A stretch of 64,000 nucleotides of DNA from Candidatus Liptonbacteria bacterium (GCA_016204335.1 JACQKU010000011.1:541-64540), one strand, 5' to 3'. Numbered from the stretch's first letter, positions 1 through 8,959 are shown. Notes: generated by a model from the sequence alone, not told the origin. Made by a program: numbers and translations.

Positions 1-775
1 ACGGATACGGACGGCGCTGGATATTTTGGTGAATCAGGGATGCAAACTGACTTGCACGTTCGTGGACGCTTACGGCGCGGTCGGACACAAAGCGATTGAC
101 GCCGCGAACAAAGTTAAAGAAGAATACAAAGATAAAATCAAAATCTTAACCATCAGCCAGCCGATTGGCGGCGTACTTAATAAAGCCGAGCGGGAAATCT
201 ACGAGAGCGTGACCGCGAAATGCGACATTGTCGGAGGGCTTCCCTCAAAAGACCGGCCGAACGACAAAGAAGCAATGGATGTGATTTTCGGAATTGCCAA
301 AAATTTAAATAAGCCGCTCCACGTTCACATCGACCAGGAAAATAATCCGAACGAACGCGACACCGAGAAACTTGTCGCGGCAATCGAGAAACACGGCTAC
401 CAGGGACGCGCGGTGGCGGTGCATGCCATTTCCGTTTCCGCGCAACCCAAAGAATACCGGAAAGAAATTTACAAAAAAATGGCGGATGTCGGAATGGCGG
501 TTGCCGTGTGCCCTTCCGCCGCGCTCTCTATGCGCCAGCTCGACCAATATCAGGCGCCCGCGCACAACAGCATCGCCAACATTCCGGAGATGCTCGATGC
601 CGGAGTGACGGTTGGAATGGGCGTGGACAACGTCTGCGATTTCTACCAGCCGTTTCTTGACGCCGACTTCTGGGTTGAAATGCGTATGCTTCAGGAGGCC
701 TGCCGGTTTTATGATTTCGATGCGCTAGTCAAAATCGCGACCGAGAACGGACAAAAATTGTTAGGGATTAGCTGA
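1..775 (+). CDS. Amidohydrolase family metal-dependent deaminase (cytosine deaminase-like), 5'-truncated by the window edge
   Basis: HVHIDQ, AVAVHA and GMGVDN motifs of the CodA-like amidohydrolase fold; the frame is open to the window start. Confidence 0.8.
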   Translation, partial: RIRTALDILVNQGCKLTCTFVDAYGAVGHKAIDAANKVKEEYKDKIKILTISQPIGGVLNKAEREIYESVTAKCDIVGGLPSKDRPNDKEAMDVIFGIAKNLNKPLHVHIDQENNPNERDTEKLVAAIEKHGYQGRAVAVHAISVSAQPKEYRKEIYKKMADVGMAVAVCPSAALSMRQLDQYQAPAHNSIANIPEMLDAGVTVGMGVDNVCDFYQPFLDADFWVEMRMLQEACRFYDFDALVKIATENGQKLLGIS

Positions 776-1187
776 TTAGGTTTTAGCTTATCAGCTTACT
801 GGGGAAAATATGACTATGCTACACAGCCACAAAGATTTAATCGTATGGCAAAAAGCCATGGAGTTAGTTGTTGAAGTTTACGATCTCGTTGCAAAATTTC
901 CAAGAGAAGAACTGTATGGATTGACCTCACAAATAAGACGCAGCGCAGTTTCGATGCCTTCAAACATTGCCGAAGGCAGAGGACGCGGCACGAGAAAAGA
1001 TTTCAAACAGTTCCTGAATATTGCTTACGCTTCCGGCGCGGAACTTGAGACGCAACTGGAAATTTCCAGACGTTTGAAATTTATGTCTTCTGAAGATTCT
1101 ACGCGCGCTGATGATTTATTGGAAGAAGTTATGAAAATGCTTAACAAAATGAGGTCGACACTAAACATCTAAAAGCTAATCAGCTAA
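768..1187. repeat. Heptamer-based inverted repeats flanking the four-helix-bundle gene
   Basis: TTAGCTGATTAGGTTTTAG (768-786) vs CTAAAAGCTAATCAGCTAA (1169-1187): 18/19 inverted match. Confidence 0.85.
810..1172 (+). CDS. Four helix bundle protein (23S rRNA IVP / Avd-like family)
   Basis: DLIVWQKAMEL..FPREELYGLTSQIRRSAVSMPSNIAEG..SGAELETQL signature. Confidence 0.92.
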   Translation: MTMLHSHKDLIVWQKAMELVVEVYDLVAKFPREELYGLTSQIRRSAVSMPSNIAEGRGRGTRKDFKQFLNIAYASGAELETQLEISRRLKFMSSEDSTRADDLLEEVMKMLNKMRSTLNI

Positions 1188-1200
1188 TAAGCTAATTCCT

Positions 1201-2487
1201 ATGGCTAAATTGTGGCAGACAAAATCAACGAAACTCCATCCTCTGGTGGAACGATATACCGTCGGCAACGACTATATTTTGGATACGCGTCTCCTGCCGT
1301 TCGACATTCAGGCATCCAAAGCGCACGCCGCCGCGCTCGTCAAAGCGAAAATTTTGACTCCGGCGGAACAGAAAAAATTGAATAAAGCGCTGAATGAAAT
1401 TCTCGCGCTTCATAACCAGGGGAAGTTCGTCATCAAACAATCCGACGAGGATTGCCACACGGCAATAGAAAATTATCTGGTGGCAAAACTCGGGGACTTG
1501 GGCAAAAAAATCCACACGTGCCGCAGCCGGAACGACCAGGTTTTGGTCGCCACGCGCCTCTACACGCGGAAAAAACTCAAACAGGTCAGTTTTGAGCTGA
1601 TTAAAATGCAAAACGTGTTTTTGAAAATGGCGAAAAAATACGAATTTTTGCCTTTGCCGGGATATACGCACACGCGCCGCGCAATGCCCTCTTCGATCGG
1701 ACACTGGGCCGCGTCGTATTTGGAAGAACTCATCAACGACCATATGCTTCTTGAAACCGCGTATCACCTGAACGACCAAAATCCAATGGGCGCCGCGGCG
1801 GGTTTCGGAGTCAATATCGATTTGGACAGAGATCTAACCACGAAACTTCTCGGCTTCGAGCGCGTTCAAGTCAATTCTTTGTACGCGGTGAACAGCCGAG
1901 GCACTACGGAAAGTTATATTTTGTCCGTGCTTACAAAAATTATGATGACGCTCGGGCGCCTCGCGAACGAAATGATATGGTTCACCACGCCGGAATATAA
2001 TTTTTTCTTTTTGCCGCCGGAATTTACCACCGGTTCTTCGATTATGCCGCAGAAACGAAATCCGGATATTTTTGAAATCGTGCGCGGCAACGTCAATGTA
2101 ATAGTCGCTCTGCAGACGCAAGTCAAAGACACTTCGAAAAATCTCATTTCCGGCTATAACCGCGACACCCAGCTCACCAAAGAGCCGCTTATCAAAGGAC
2201 TCGGCATCGCGAGAAGAAGTTTGGAGGTCTGCGCTTTGGTAATGTCGAGAATAAAGCCGAATCGGCAGACGCTTATGAAATCGCTGTCTCCGGAATTCTT
2301 TGCCGTGCACGAAGCGAACCGTCTCGTCAAGGAAGGTATGCCTTTTCGGGACGCCTACCAGCACGTGAAAGAAAACATCCACAAGCTGAAAGTCCAGAAT
2401 CCGGTCAAAGCAATCAAAGAAGTCCGTTCGCTCGGCGGCCCGGGGAATTTGCAGTTGAATAAGTACAGAATCAGCAAGCCGCTTTAA
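1201..2487 (+). CDS. argH: Argininosuccinate lyase
   Basis: IHTCRSRNDQ, LPGYTH and GSSIMPQKRNPD fumarase-family motifs. Confidence 0.93.
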   Translation: MAKLWQTKSTKLHPLVERYTVGNDYILDTRLLPFDIQASKAHAAALVKAKILTPAEQKKLNKALNEILALHNQGKFVIKQSDEDCHTAIENYLVAKLGDLGKKIHTCRSRNDQVLVATRLYTRKKLKQVSFELIKMQNVFLKMAKKYEFLPLPGYTHTRRAMPSSIGHWAASYLEELINDHMLLETAYHLNDQNPMGAAAGFGVNIDLDRDLTTKLLGFERVQVNSLYAVNSRGTTESYILSVLTKIMMTLGRLANEMIWFTTPEYNFFFLPPEFTTGSSIMPQKRNPDIFEIVRGNVNVIVALQTQVKDTSKNLISGYNRDTQLTKEPLIKGLGIARRSLEVCALVMSRIKPNRQTLMKSLSPEFFAVHEANRLVKEGMPFRDAYQHVKENIHKLKVQNPVKAIKEVRSLGGPGNLQLNKYRISKPL

Positions 2488-2536
2488 GGTAAAAGCTCCG
2501 ACTACGGTACTTTAATTTTTGAAAATATCTTCTCTG

Positions 2537-2565
2537 TTGCATTCCCGCGCAATTTGTCTTATGAT
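2537..2565 (+). promoter_or_regulatory. Sigma70-type promoter, probably leaderless, for the MNT-HEPN module
   Basis: TTGCAT-17bp-TATGAT, then 6 nt to ATG at 2572. Confidence 0.55.
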
Positions 2566-2571
2566 GCGAGC

Positions 2572-2859
2572 ATGACGATAGAAGAACTTAAGGAAAAAGC
2601 GACTCCGGTTTTGAAGCGGCATGGGGTAACGTACGCCGCTGTTTTTGGCAGCGCCGCGCGAGGCGAAGACCGCCCCCAAAGCGATGTAGACATCTTGGTT
2701 CGCCTCGGTCGGCCCACCGGCATGATTGACTATATGCGCCTTATCCAAAACCTTGAAACCTGTCTTGAAAAGAAAGTTGATCTGGTAACAGAACAAAGTC
2801 TCAATAAACACGTGCGGCCGTATGTGCTGCCTGACCTCAAAACCATTTATGAAAAGTGA
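2572..2859 (+). CDS. Minimal nucleotidyltransferase (MntA-type antitoxin)
   Basis: FGSAARGEDRPQSDVDILV (GS..DxD) and KVDLVT motifs. Confidence 0.9.
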   Translation: MTIEELKEKATPVLKRHGVTYAAVFGSAARGEDRPQSDVDILVRLGRPTGMIDYMRLIQNLETCLEKKVDLVTEQSLNKHVRPYVLPDLKTIYEK

Positions 2860-3184
2860 CCGTGTGTACCTTGAACAAATTCTCGAATCGATAGAAAAAA
2901 TCCGGCAGTTCGTGCGCGATATGGATAAGAACGCGTTCCTGAACGACCAGAAAACATAGAGCGCGGTAATCATGCAACTCGCGCTCATTGGCGAGCTTGC
3001 AAAGCGGGTCTCGGAACAAATCAAGCTGAATATTAAAATTCCGTGGAAAGAAATTACTGGCTTTCGAGACCGCGCGATTCACGATTACTATCAGATAGAC
3101 CTCGCGGTGGCATGGAATACTATTGCTCTCGACCTCGAACCTCTTGCAAAAGCGCTCCGAGAATATCTCGGTACTACGGCTTAA
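2849..3184 (+). pseudogene. HEPN/DUF86 (HepT-like) RNase toxin interrupted by an in-frame TAG at 2957-2959
   Basis: ATG 2849 reads MKSDRVYLEQILESIEKIRQF...DQKT*SAVIMQLALIGE...PWKEITGFRDRAIHDY; it has the RX4HXY motif and overlaps the MNT stop. Confidence 0.85.
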
Positions 3185-3226
3185 AACTTGCAGTTAAATA
3201 AATATAAAGTTAGTAAGCCGCTTTGA
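3185..3226 (+). repeat. Diverged duplicate of the last 14 codons of argH
   Basis: Encodes NLQLNKYKVSKPL* vs argH NLQLNKYRISKPL* (2446-2487). Confidence 0.9.
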
Positions 3227-3276
3227 GACGAAGATTTCGAACCTGAAGTCGCTACAGTATAACGAACTCGGGTTCG

Positions 3277-3313
3277 CGTCAGACAAATCACCTTGCGGGC
3301 GACTTGTCTGACG
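3277..3313 (-). terminator. Hairpin downstream of the small minus-strand ORF
   Basis: CGTCAGACAA...TTGTCTGACG stem. Confidence 0.4.
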
Positions 3314-3344
3314 GCTTGACTTGGGGAGGAGCGGCGGCGGGGCT

Positions 3345-3569
3345 CTACTTCTTCTTGTCCCGCCAGGGACAATCCGAGGAGAACGCGCTGCCTGTGGTAC
3401 GGATCTGCCCGAAGTACTGATCTTTCTTCAGGCAAATCTCCGCGTGGCACCCCGGACTCGAACACCGAGCAAGATGAGCCCCATCGCCATCGACCTTCCA
3501 GGAGCGCTCGGTGAACCGATGCCGCTTCCGGGCGGCTTGCGCTTCTGCCTTCCTTCGCTCCTCCATCAT
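3345..3569 (-). CDS. Small hypothetical protein with Cys/His residues
   Basis: 74-aa ORF with an upstream TTGACT-18-TATAAA promoter-like site and a downstream hairpin; no family recognised. Confidence 0.45.
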   Translation of the reverse strand: MMEERRKAEAQAARKRHRFTERSWKVDGDGAHLARCSSPGCHAEICLKKDQYFGQIRTTGSAFSSDCPWRDKKK

Positions 3570-3747
3570 CGGGTTTTCGGCCTGTGTGAGCGTAAATCAC
3601 CACCTCCCCTCTTGCATGATGTATGAGTCGCCACCACTTTTATATCCTGATTTGGTACAATTAGTCAACTATTTCTCATCTGCTATACTTCACAAAAGGG
3701 TCGAAATGGCTGGAACACTAATAACCTAAAACCTAACACCTGATTTT

Positions 3748-4170
3748 ATGGTTCCTATAAATTATTTAGCAGTGCTCGTTGCGGCAATCGCGAGCATGGT
3801 ATTGGGATTCTTGTGGTACGAACAGCTGTTCGGAAAATATTGGATGCAGCTTATGGGATTCACTTCGGAATCGATGGCGGAAGCGAAAAAGAAAGGAATG
3901 ACGATGCAATATTCCCTGATGACCGTCGGTTCGCTTGTGATGAGTTACGTGCTTGCCAACGCCGTCATCTTCGGGAGCGCCTACTTAGGGGCAACCGGAA
4001 TAACTGCCGGCATTATGGCCGGATTTTGGAACTGGCTCGGCTTCATCGCGCCGGTGACGCTCGGTTCGGTTATCTGGGAAGGAAATTCATGGAAGCTCTG
4101 GGTTCTCAACAACGGATACTATCTTGTTTCGCTCTCCGTAATGGGAACGATTCTTTCGGTCTGGAAATAA
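3748..4170 (+). CDS. DUF1761 family membrane protein
   Basis: INYLAVLVAAIASMVLGFLWY..LFGKYW signature and 4 hydrophobic helices. Confidence 0.85.
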   Translation: MVPINYLAVLVAAIASMVLGFLWYEQLFGKYWMQLMGFTSESMAEAKKKGMTMQYSLMTVGSLVMSYVLANAVIFGSAYLGATGITAGIMAGFWNWLGFIAPVTLGSVIWEGNSWKLWVLNNGYYLVSLSVMGTILSVWK

Positions 4171-4217
4171 GCGGCTCCGGTATTGCGTTCGGTCGCGTCT
4201 CGCGATAAAATAAAAAC

Positions 4218-4703
4218 GTGAAATATATCGCAACGGTTATTGTCGTCGTTTTCATCTTGGGAGGATTGACATTCACATTTTTGGGAAATGGACCTGTTCA
4301 ACGGGAACAGCCCGAACCGGAACAAACGAGTGCGCCCGCTTCACAACCGCAAGAAACGCAAACCGAAAAAACTATGGAAAATAAATTGGTCATTGAAGAC
4401 ATAAAAGTTGGCGCGGGAGCCGAAGCAAAAACAGGAACTGCCGTTTCAGTTAACTACGCGGGAACGCTTTTAAACGGAGCGAAGTTCGACAGCTCGTACG
4501 ACCGCGGACAGCCGTTCTCATTCGCTTTAGGCGCAGGCCAGGTAATCCGGGGCTGGGATGAGGGAGTAGTCGGAATGAAAGTGGGCGGAAAAAGAAAGCT
4601 CACGATTCCGCCGGACTTGGCATACGGCGCGCAGTCTCCAAGCCCTTTGATTCCGGCAAATTCCACGCTTGTATTTGAGATTGAATTGCTGGAGGTAAAG
4701 TAA
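4218..4703 (+). CDS. FKBP-type peptidyl-prolyl cis-trans isomerase, membrane anchored
   Basis: KFDSSYDRGQPF..VIRGWDEG..IPPDLAYG motifs and an N-terminal TM helix. Confidence 0.95.
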   Translation: MKYIATVIVVVFILGGLTFTFLGNGPVQREQPEPEQTSAPASQPQETQTEKTMENKLVIEDIKVGAGAEAKTGTAVSVNYAGTLLNGAKFDSSYDRGQPFSFALGAGQVIRGWDEGVVGMKVGGKRKLTIPPDLAYGAQSPSPLIPANSTLVFEIELLEVK

Positions 4704-4751
4704 AATTAAATCGCGCCCTTATTTGTCCGGAGGACATAGACAACATCAAGA

Positions 4752-4885
4752 GCAATCCTGATTTTGTCGGGAAAACCATTTCGCATACTTTCTTATTCGC
4801 GCGCCTGCCAGCCGTAGCGTTCGCGAAGGAGGGAATAAGAAAGTATGAAACTGATAGCGTGTTTCCCAAATAAAATCAGGATTGC
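4752..4885. repeat. Triple-nested palindromic structure between convergent FKBP and typA
   Basis: 14-bp IR (4752-4765/4872-4885) encloses a 34-bp palindrome that is split by a 30-bp CCTG-hairpin element (4804-4833). Confidence 0.85.
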
Positions 4886-4889
4886 CTTT

Positions 4890-6698
4890 CTACCGAATCG
4901 CGTTCCGCAGAATTTTCTTCCGGATGCGGACGCTTTTGGGCGTCACTTCAACGAGTTCGTCCTCGCCGATATATTCGAGCGCCTGCTCCAGAGAAAGCGC
5001 GCGCGGCGGAACAAGGTCGTTGGTCACCGCGTCGGTTTTCGCCCGGAAATTCGTAAGTTGCTTTTGTTTGCAGACATTCACGACAATGTCTTCCGTTTTT
5101 GCGTTTTGTCCCACCACCTGCCCCTCGTAGACTTTTTCCGCCGGACCGATGAACATTATTCCCCTCTCCTGTGTTTTCAAAAGAGCGTACGCGGTGCTGG
5201 CGCCGGCTTCATACGCTACGAGCGAACCGTGGACATTCGCGACCACGGAATCAAACTTCGGAAAATAGCCCGCGAAAAGCGAATTGATGATTCCGGTGCC
5301 ACGGGTTTCGATGATAAATTCCGTCCGGAAACCGATGAGGCCGCGAGTTGAAATGAAAAAGTGGAATGACGCGGCGCCGTTTCCCTGTCCCGAGCCAGTC
5401 GAGGGGTCGACGCTCATATTTTTCAATTCGCCTTTCCGCGCGTTCATTTTCTGGATTACCATTCCGGAATATTCCTCCGGCACTTCAATCCAAACGTCTT
5501 CCGCGGGCTCAAGCGTTTTGCCGTTCTCCTCATGGAAAATAACTTCCGGCCGCGAGACCTGAAGCTCGTATCCTTCGCGCCGCATTTTTTCAATCAAAAT
5601 CGCGAGATGCAATTCACCGCGTCCGCTCACCGTGAATTCATCAGTCGAAATACCTTCTTCCACGCGAAGCGCAACATCGTTGTCGAGCTCTTTAAACAGC
5701 CGCTCGCGGAGATTGCGCGAAGTGCAATATTCCCCTTCCTGTCCCGCGAAAGGAGAATCATTCACCGAAAAAATCATTTTAACGGTCGGTTTTTCTATGG
5801 CTATCGGAGGCAAGGGGTCCGGATGCCCGGCGTCCGCCAGCGTGTCGCCGATGTTCACGTCCGGGATTCCGGCGATTGCAACGATGTCGCCGGCCTGTCC
5901 CGAAGAAACCGCCGCGCGCCCGAGCCCCAAAAAAGTCGTGAGGCCGGTAATTTTATAGTTCTTTGCGGCTCCGCCGTTTGGAATGTGCGCGATTTGCATT
6001 CCGTTTTCCGCCGCGCCGCGCTCGATTCGTCCCACCGCGATTCTTCCCTGATAATTATCGTATTGAATCGAAACCACCATCATTTGAAACGGCGCGCCGC
6101 CCGCCGCTTTCGGGGCGGGAATATGCGCGAGAACCGCGTCAAAAACAGGCATAATATCTTTCATCGAAGCGAGTTCCGGCGAAGTCCCCGCGACTCCCAG
6201 CTTGCCTGATGTGTAAAGAATCGGAAAATTCAATTGTTCGTTTGTCGCGTGGAGCTCCATAAAAAGTTCGATGACTTTTTCGAGCGCGTGATTCACGCGC
6301 GCATTCGGTTTGTCGATTTTATTGATGACCACGACGATTTTGTGTCCGGCATCGAGCGCTTTTTTCAGCACGAAGCGCGTCTGCGGCATCGGCCCTTCTT
6401 GCGCGTCGATGAGGAGAAGCGAACCGTCCGCCATATTGAGAACGCGCTCCACTTCCCCTCCGAAATCCGCGTGTCCGGGCGTATCGATGATATTTATTTT
6501 CGTTTCTTTATAAATCACCGCGGCGTTTTTCGAAAAAATGGTGATTCCGCGCTCCCGTTCAAGTTCGTTCGAATCCATAATAAGCTCGTCGTTCACGAGT
6601 TTTCCGAGCTTGGTCTCGGACTGCTTCAAAAGCGCGTCAACCAGAGTGGATTTCCCATGGTCAACGTGGGCAATAATTGCTATATTTCGAATATTCAT
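4890..6698 (-). CDS. typA: Translational GTPase TypA/BipA
   Basis: [36 protein letters not shown] and [14 protein letters not shown]; carries a PSTGSGQG insertion at 5383-5406. Confidence 0.97.
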   Translation of the reverse strand: MNIRNIAIIAHVDHGKSTLVDALLKQSETKLGKLVNDELIMDSNELERERGITIFSKNAAVIYKETKINIIDTPGHADFGGEVERVLNMADGSLLLIDAQEGPMPQTRFVLKKALDAGHKIVVVINKIDKPNARVNHALEKVIELFMELHATNEQLNFPILYTSGKLGVAGTSPELASMKDIMPVFDAVLAHIPAPKAAGGAPFQMMVVSIQYDNYQGRIAVGRIERGAAENGMQIAHIPNGGAAKNYKITGLTTFLGLGRAAVSSGQAGDIVAIAGIPDVNIGDTLADAGHPDPLPPIAIEKPTVKMIFSVNDSPFAGQEGEYCTSRNLRERLFKELDNDVALRVEEGISTDEFTVSGRGELHLAILIEKMRREGYELQVSRPEVIFHEENGKTLEPAEDVWIEVPEEYSGMVIQKMNARKGELKNMSVDPSTGSGQGNGAASFHFFISTRGLIGFRTEFIIETRGTGIINSLFAGYFPKFDSVVANVHGSLVAYEAGASTAYALLKTQERGIMFIGPAEKVYEGQVVGQNAKTEDIVVNVCKQKQLTNFRAKTDAVTNDLVPPRALSLEQALEYIGEDELVEVTPKSVRIRKKILRNAIR

Positions 6699-6781
6699 AA
6701 ATTTTTGCCATGCCTGCCCGCCGAAGCCTTGGCGTAGGCGGGGTCAACGTGGGCAATGATTGCTATATTTCTAATTTCCAT
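6695..6781 (-). pseudogene. Duplicated typA 5' end with a 30-bp palindromic element inside the G1 motif
   Basis: Translates [13 protein letters not shown][PAYAKASAGR]HGKNL*; its TGA overlaps the typA ATG. Confidence 0.85.
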
Positions 6782-6911
6782 GTTGGTATAAGCAAAGCGA
6801 GCGACCTGCCCCGCCGCCAAACAAACGCCCTTGCGTACCGCTCCGCGCGGAAGCGCGTAGAGCGCAGCGTTTGTTTTGGTGCGGGGTAATTGCTATATTC
6901 CCAATGTTCAT
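6771..6911 (-). pseudogene. Second, more degenerate typA 5' copy running into a hairpin element (6805-6887)
   Basis: ATG AAC ATT GGG AAT ATA GCA ATT (MNIGNIAI) followed by the ACCCCGCACCAAAACAAACGC...GCGTTTGTTTGGCGGCGGGGCAGG hairpin. Confidence 0.65.
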
Positions 6912-6941
6912 ATTCTAATTGCGAGTGATGGTTTGTTGATG

Positions 6942-7095
6942 CTTATACTTCAAACCTTATATTTCAAACCTTATATCTTATACTTCAAACCTTATATCTT
7001 ATACTTCAAACCTTATACCTTATACTTCAAACATTATACTTCAAACCTTATATTTCAAACCTTATACTTCAAACCTTATACCTTATACTTCAAAC
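6942..7095. repeat. Tandem array of 22 heptamers (CTTATAC/CTTATAT/TTCAAAC)
   Basis: 154 bp of exact 7-bp periodicity. Confidence 0.95.
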
Positions 7096-7111
7096 ATTGA
7101 AAATCTTTCTA

Positions 7112-7206
7112 CGCTGTGACGCGTCACAGCGCTATGCCATGGCATAGCAGTCGAATTTTCTCGTAAGGGGCGAATCCACGCCTGCGTCCGACTTCGGACG
7201 GGCAGG
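7112..7206. repeat. Cluster of palindromes plus a 30-bp CCTG-hairpin element
   Basis: CGCTGTGACGCGTCACAGCG (7112-7131), GCTATGCCATGGCATAGC (7131-7148), and 7177-7206, which nearly matches the reverse complement of 61184-61213. Confidence 0.85.
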
Positions 7207-7309
7207 TGCCTCAGGCACACTATTGCTAGCATATCGGTATTCACAAACAAATGCCGCACTGTTTGGGCGGCGCTTGAGGATAATAGAGGAAAGAGCGAAA
7301 AAAATCAAC

Positions 7310-7468
7310 TTAATTGCGCTCTATCGAAGATGTATTTGCTTGAACTCCTTTCTCTCTGATATTCTCGTACTTCACGCCAAAATAAAACCCAATAAACGGA
7401 AGCGCGACAAAAAGAGCCAGTGCCAGCAATTTCGAATACCACGTCACTTTGTTCCATTCGATTGTCAT
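7310..7468 (-). CDS. Small (52 aa) single-pass membrane protein, not in the ORF track
   Basis: MTIEWNKVTWYSKLLALALFVALPFIGFYFGVKYENIREK...; TATACT lies 6 nt upstream of the ATG. Confidence 0.7.
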   Translation of the reverse strand: MTIEWNKVTWYSKLLALALFVALPFIGFYFGVKYENIREKGVQANTSSIERN

Positions 7469-7610
7469 GGAATTAGTATAACGGATTAAAATTATATTTG
7501 GCAGTGAGCCCTGTTCTCTGCATTTTTATTAAGTTCGACGATCGTCGGGTTTAATAAAATTAAGAGGTGGTGCGATAAGCATATACAATATAGCGCCATC
7601 CAGCGATTTT

Positions 7611-8918
7611 TCAGCGGCTCCGCCATTTGGAGCGGGCGAATCGCCGCCCGCCTGCGTCGTGCCCAAAGCCACTTCGGCCCGCTTCGCCGGAGCGAAAGCG
7701 AGGCGAGCGAGGCGAAGACGGACCGGAAAATCCTTGACGGCCGCCAAAGTGAGGTTGAAATGGACGAAACGGCGGCCGTTGCGGAAGCAAAGAAATCCGC
7801 GCCGGAGGAAGTTCCGGAAGTTTCGAAAGCGGCAATGTGGCCCGAATCAATCGTTCGATTCCGCGCACGTCGCCTCTTTGGTCGGGCGTGGCGAAAGAAA
7901 TCGCGTGACCCACGCCGCCCATTCTGCCAGTGCGGCCGATGCGGTGGACGTAGTCCTCGGCGGTTTGCGGAAGGTCGTAGTTCAACACAAGTTCGATTCC
8001 TCTCACGTCAATGCCGCGCGCGGCGATGTCAGTCGCGATAAGAATCCGGTATCTGCCGTTCCTGAATCCTTCAAGCGCGTCTTTTCGTTGGCCGAGCGAG
8101 CGGTTAGAATGAAGTTCTGCGACTGTGTAGCCGAGAGCGCGAACGCCTTGCGTGATTCTCCGCACCGTATGCTTCGTCCGCAAAAAAACAAGCACCGAAC
8201 CGCGATATTCCGTCAATATTTTTTCAAGAAGCCGCGGCTTGTCGTGTTTCTGAACGAAGAAAAGTTCGTGCGTCACTTTCTCCGCCATTGTGCCGGACGG
8301 CGCGATTTCGACGCGCATCGGAAGTTTCATGTGCGACTGCGCGATGGCAACAATGTCCTGCGGCATTGTCGCGGAAAAAAGCATGGTCTGCCTGTCGCGC
8401 GGAACGTTCTGCAATATACGCTTCAACTGCGGCGCGAACCCCATATCGAGCATCCTGTCCGCTTCGTCAAGAACAAGAACGCCGACTGACGCGAGCGAAA
8501 CGGTTCTCTGTTCGAGATGGTCGATAATTCTTCCCGGCGTGCCGATGATTATTTGCGGGTCCCGTTGGAGCGCGGAAAGCTGGCGGCGGATCGGTTCGCC
8601 GCCGATGAGAATCGCCGTCCGTAGCCGGAGCGGAGCGCCGACTTTCTGGAAAGTTTCATGTACCTGAAACGCCAGTTCGCGCGTCGGAAGAACAACCAGT
8701 CCGCGCCTGCCGGCAAGCGCCGCCTGTATCATCGGAATGCCGAACGCGAGCGTTTTTCCCGTTCCCGTCTGCGCGATGCCGATTAAATCTTTTCCTTCGA
8801 TTGCCGGCGGAATGGAACGCTCCTGAATGGGCGTGGGAACTTTGAAGTTGAGTTTATCGAGTATCCCTAATATGTTCGGCGCGATGCCGAGGTTGTAAAA
8901 TCCGGACGGTTGATTCAT
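7611..8918 (-). CDS. DEAD-box ATP-dependent RNA helicase (RhlE-like)
   Basis: Q motif PTPIQ, AQTGTGKT, PTRELA, DEAD, SAT and HRIGRTGR. Confidence 0.95.
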   Translation of the reverse strand: MNQPSGFYNLGIAPNILGILDKLNFKVPTPIQERSIPPAIEGKDLIGIAQTGTGKTLAFGIPMIQAALAGRRGLVVLPTRELAFQVHETFQKVGAPLRLRTAILIGGEPIRRQLSALQRDPQIIIGTPGRIIDHLEQRTVSLASVGVLVLDEADRMLDMGFAPQLKRILQNVPRDRQTMLFSATMPQDIVAIAQSHMKLPMRVEIAPSGTMAEKVTHELFFVQKHDKPRLLEKILTEYRGSVLVFLRTKHTVRRITQGVRALGYTVAELHSNRSLGQRKDALEGFRNGRYRILIATDIAARGIDVRGIELVLNYDLPQTAEDYVHRIGRTGRMGGVGHAISFATPDQRGDVRGIERLIRATLPLSKLPELPPARISLLPQRPPFRPFQPHFGGRQGFSGPSSPRSPRFRSGEAGRSGFGHDAGGRRFARSKWRSR

Positions 8919-8959
8919 AATTGCGACGATAACACAAAAAAAGCGATTAAGCAATTAAT

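Noticed and set aside
810-1172. Diversity-generating retroelement suggested by the Avd-like protein
   Set aside because: No reverse transcriptase and no template/variable repeat pair with adenine-specific mismatches in the window.
2957-2959. Stop-codon reassignment (TAG, TAA or TGA)
   Set aside because: All three stops terminate conserved genes at the expected positions; only two accessory genes have internal stops.
6876-7100. 74-aa ORF with LYFKPY repeats, and the array as a possible CRISPR
   Set aside because: It is a translation of the heptamer array; there are no unique spacers and no cas genes.
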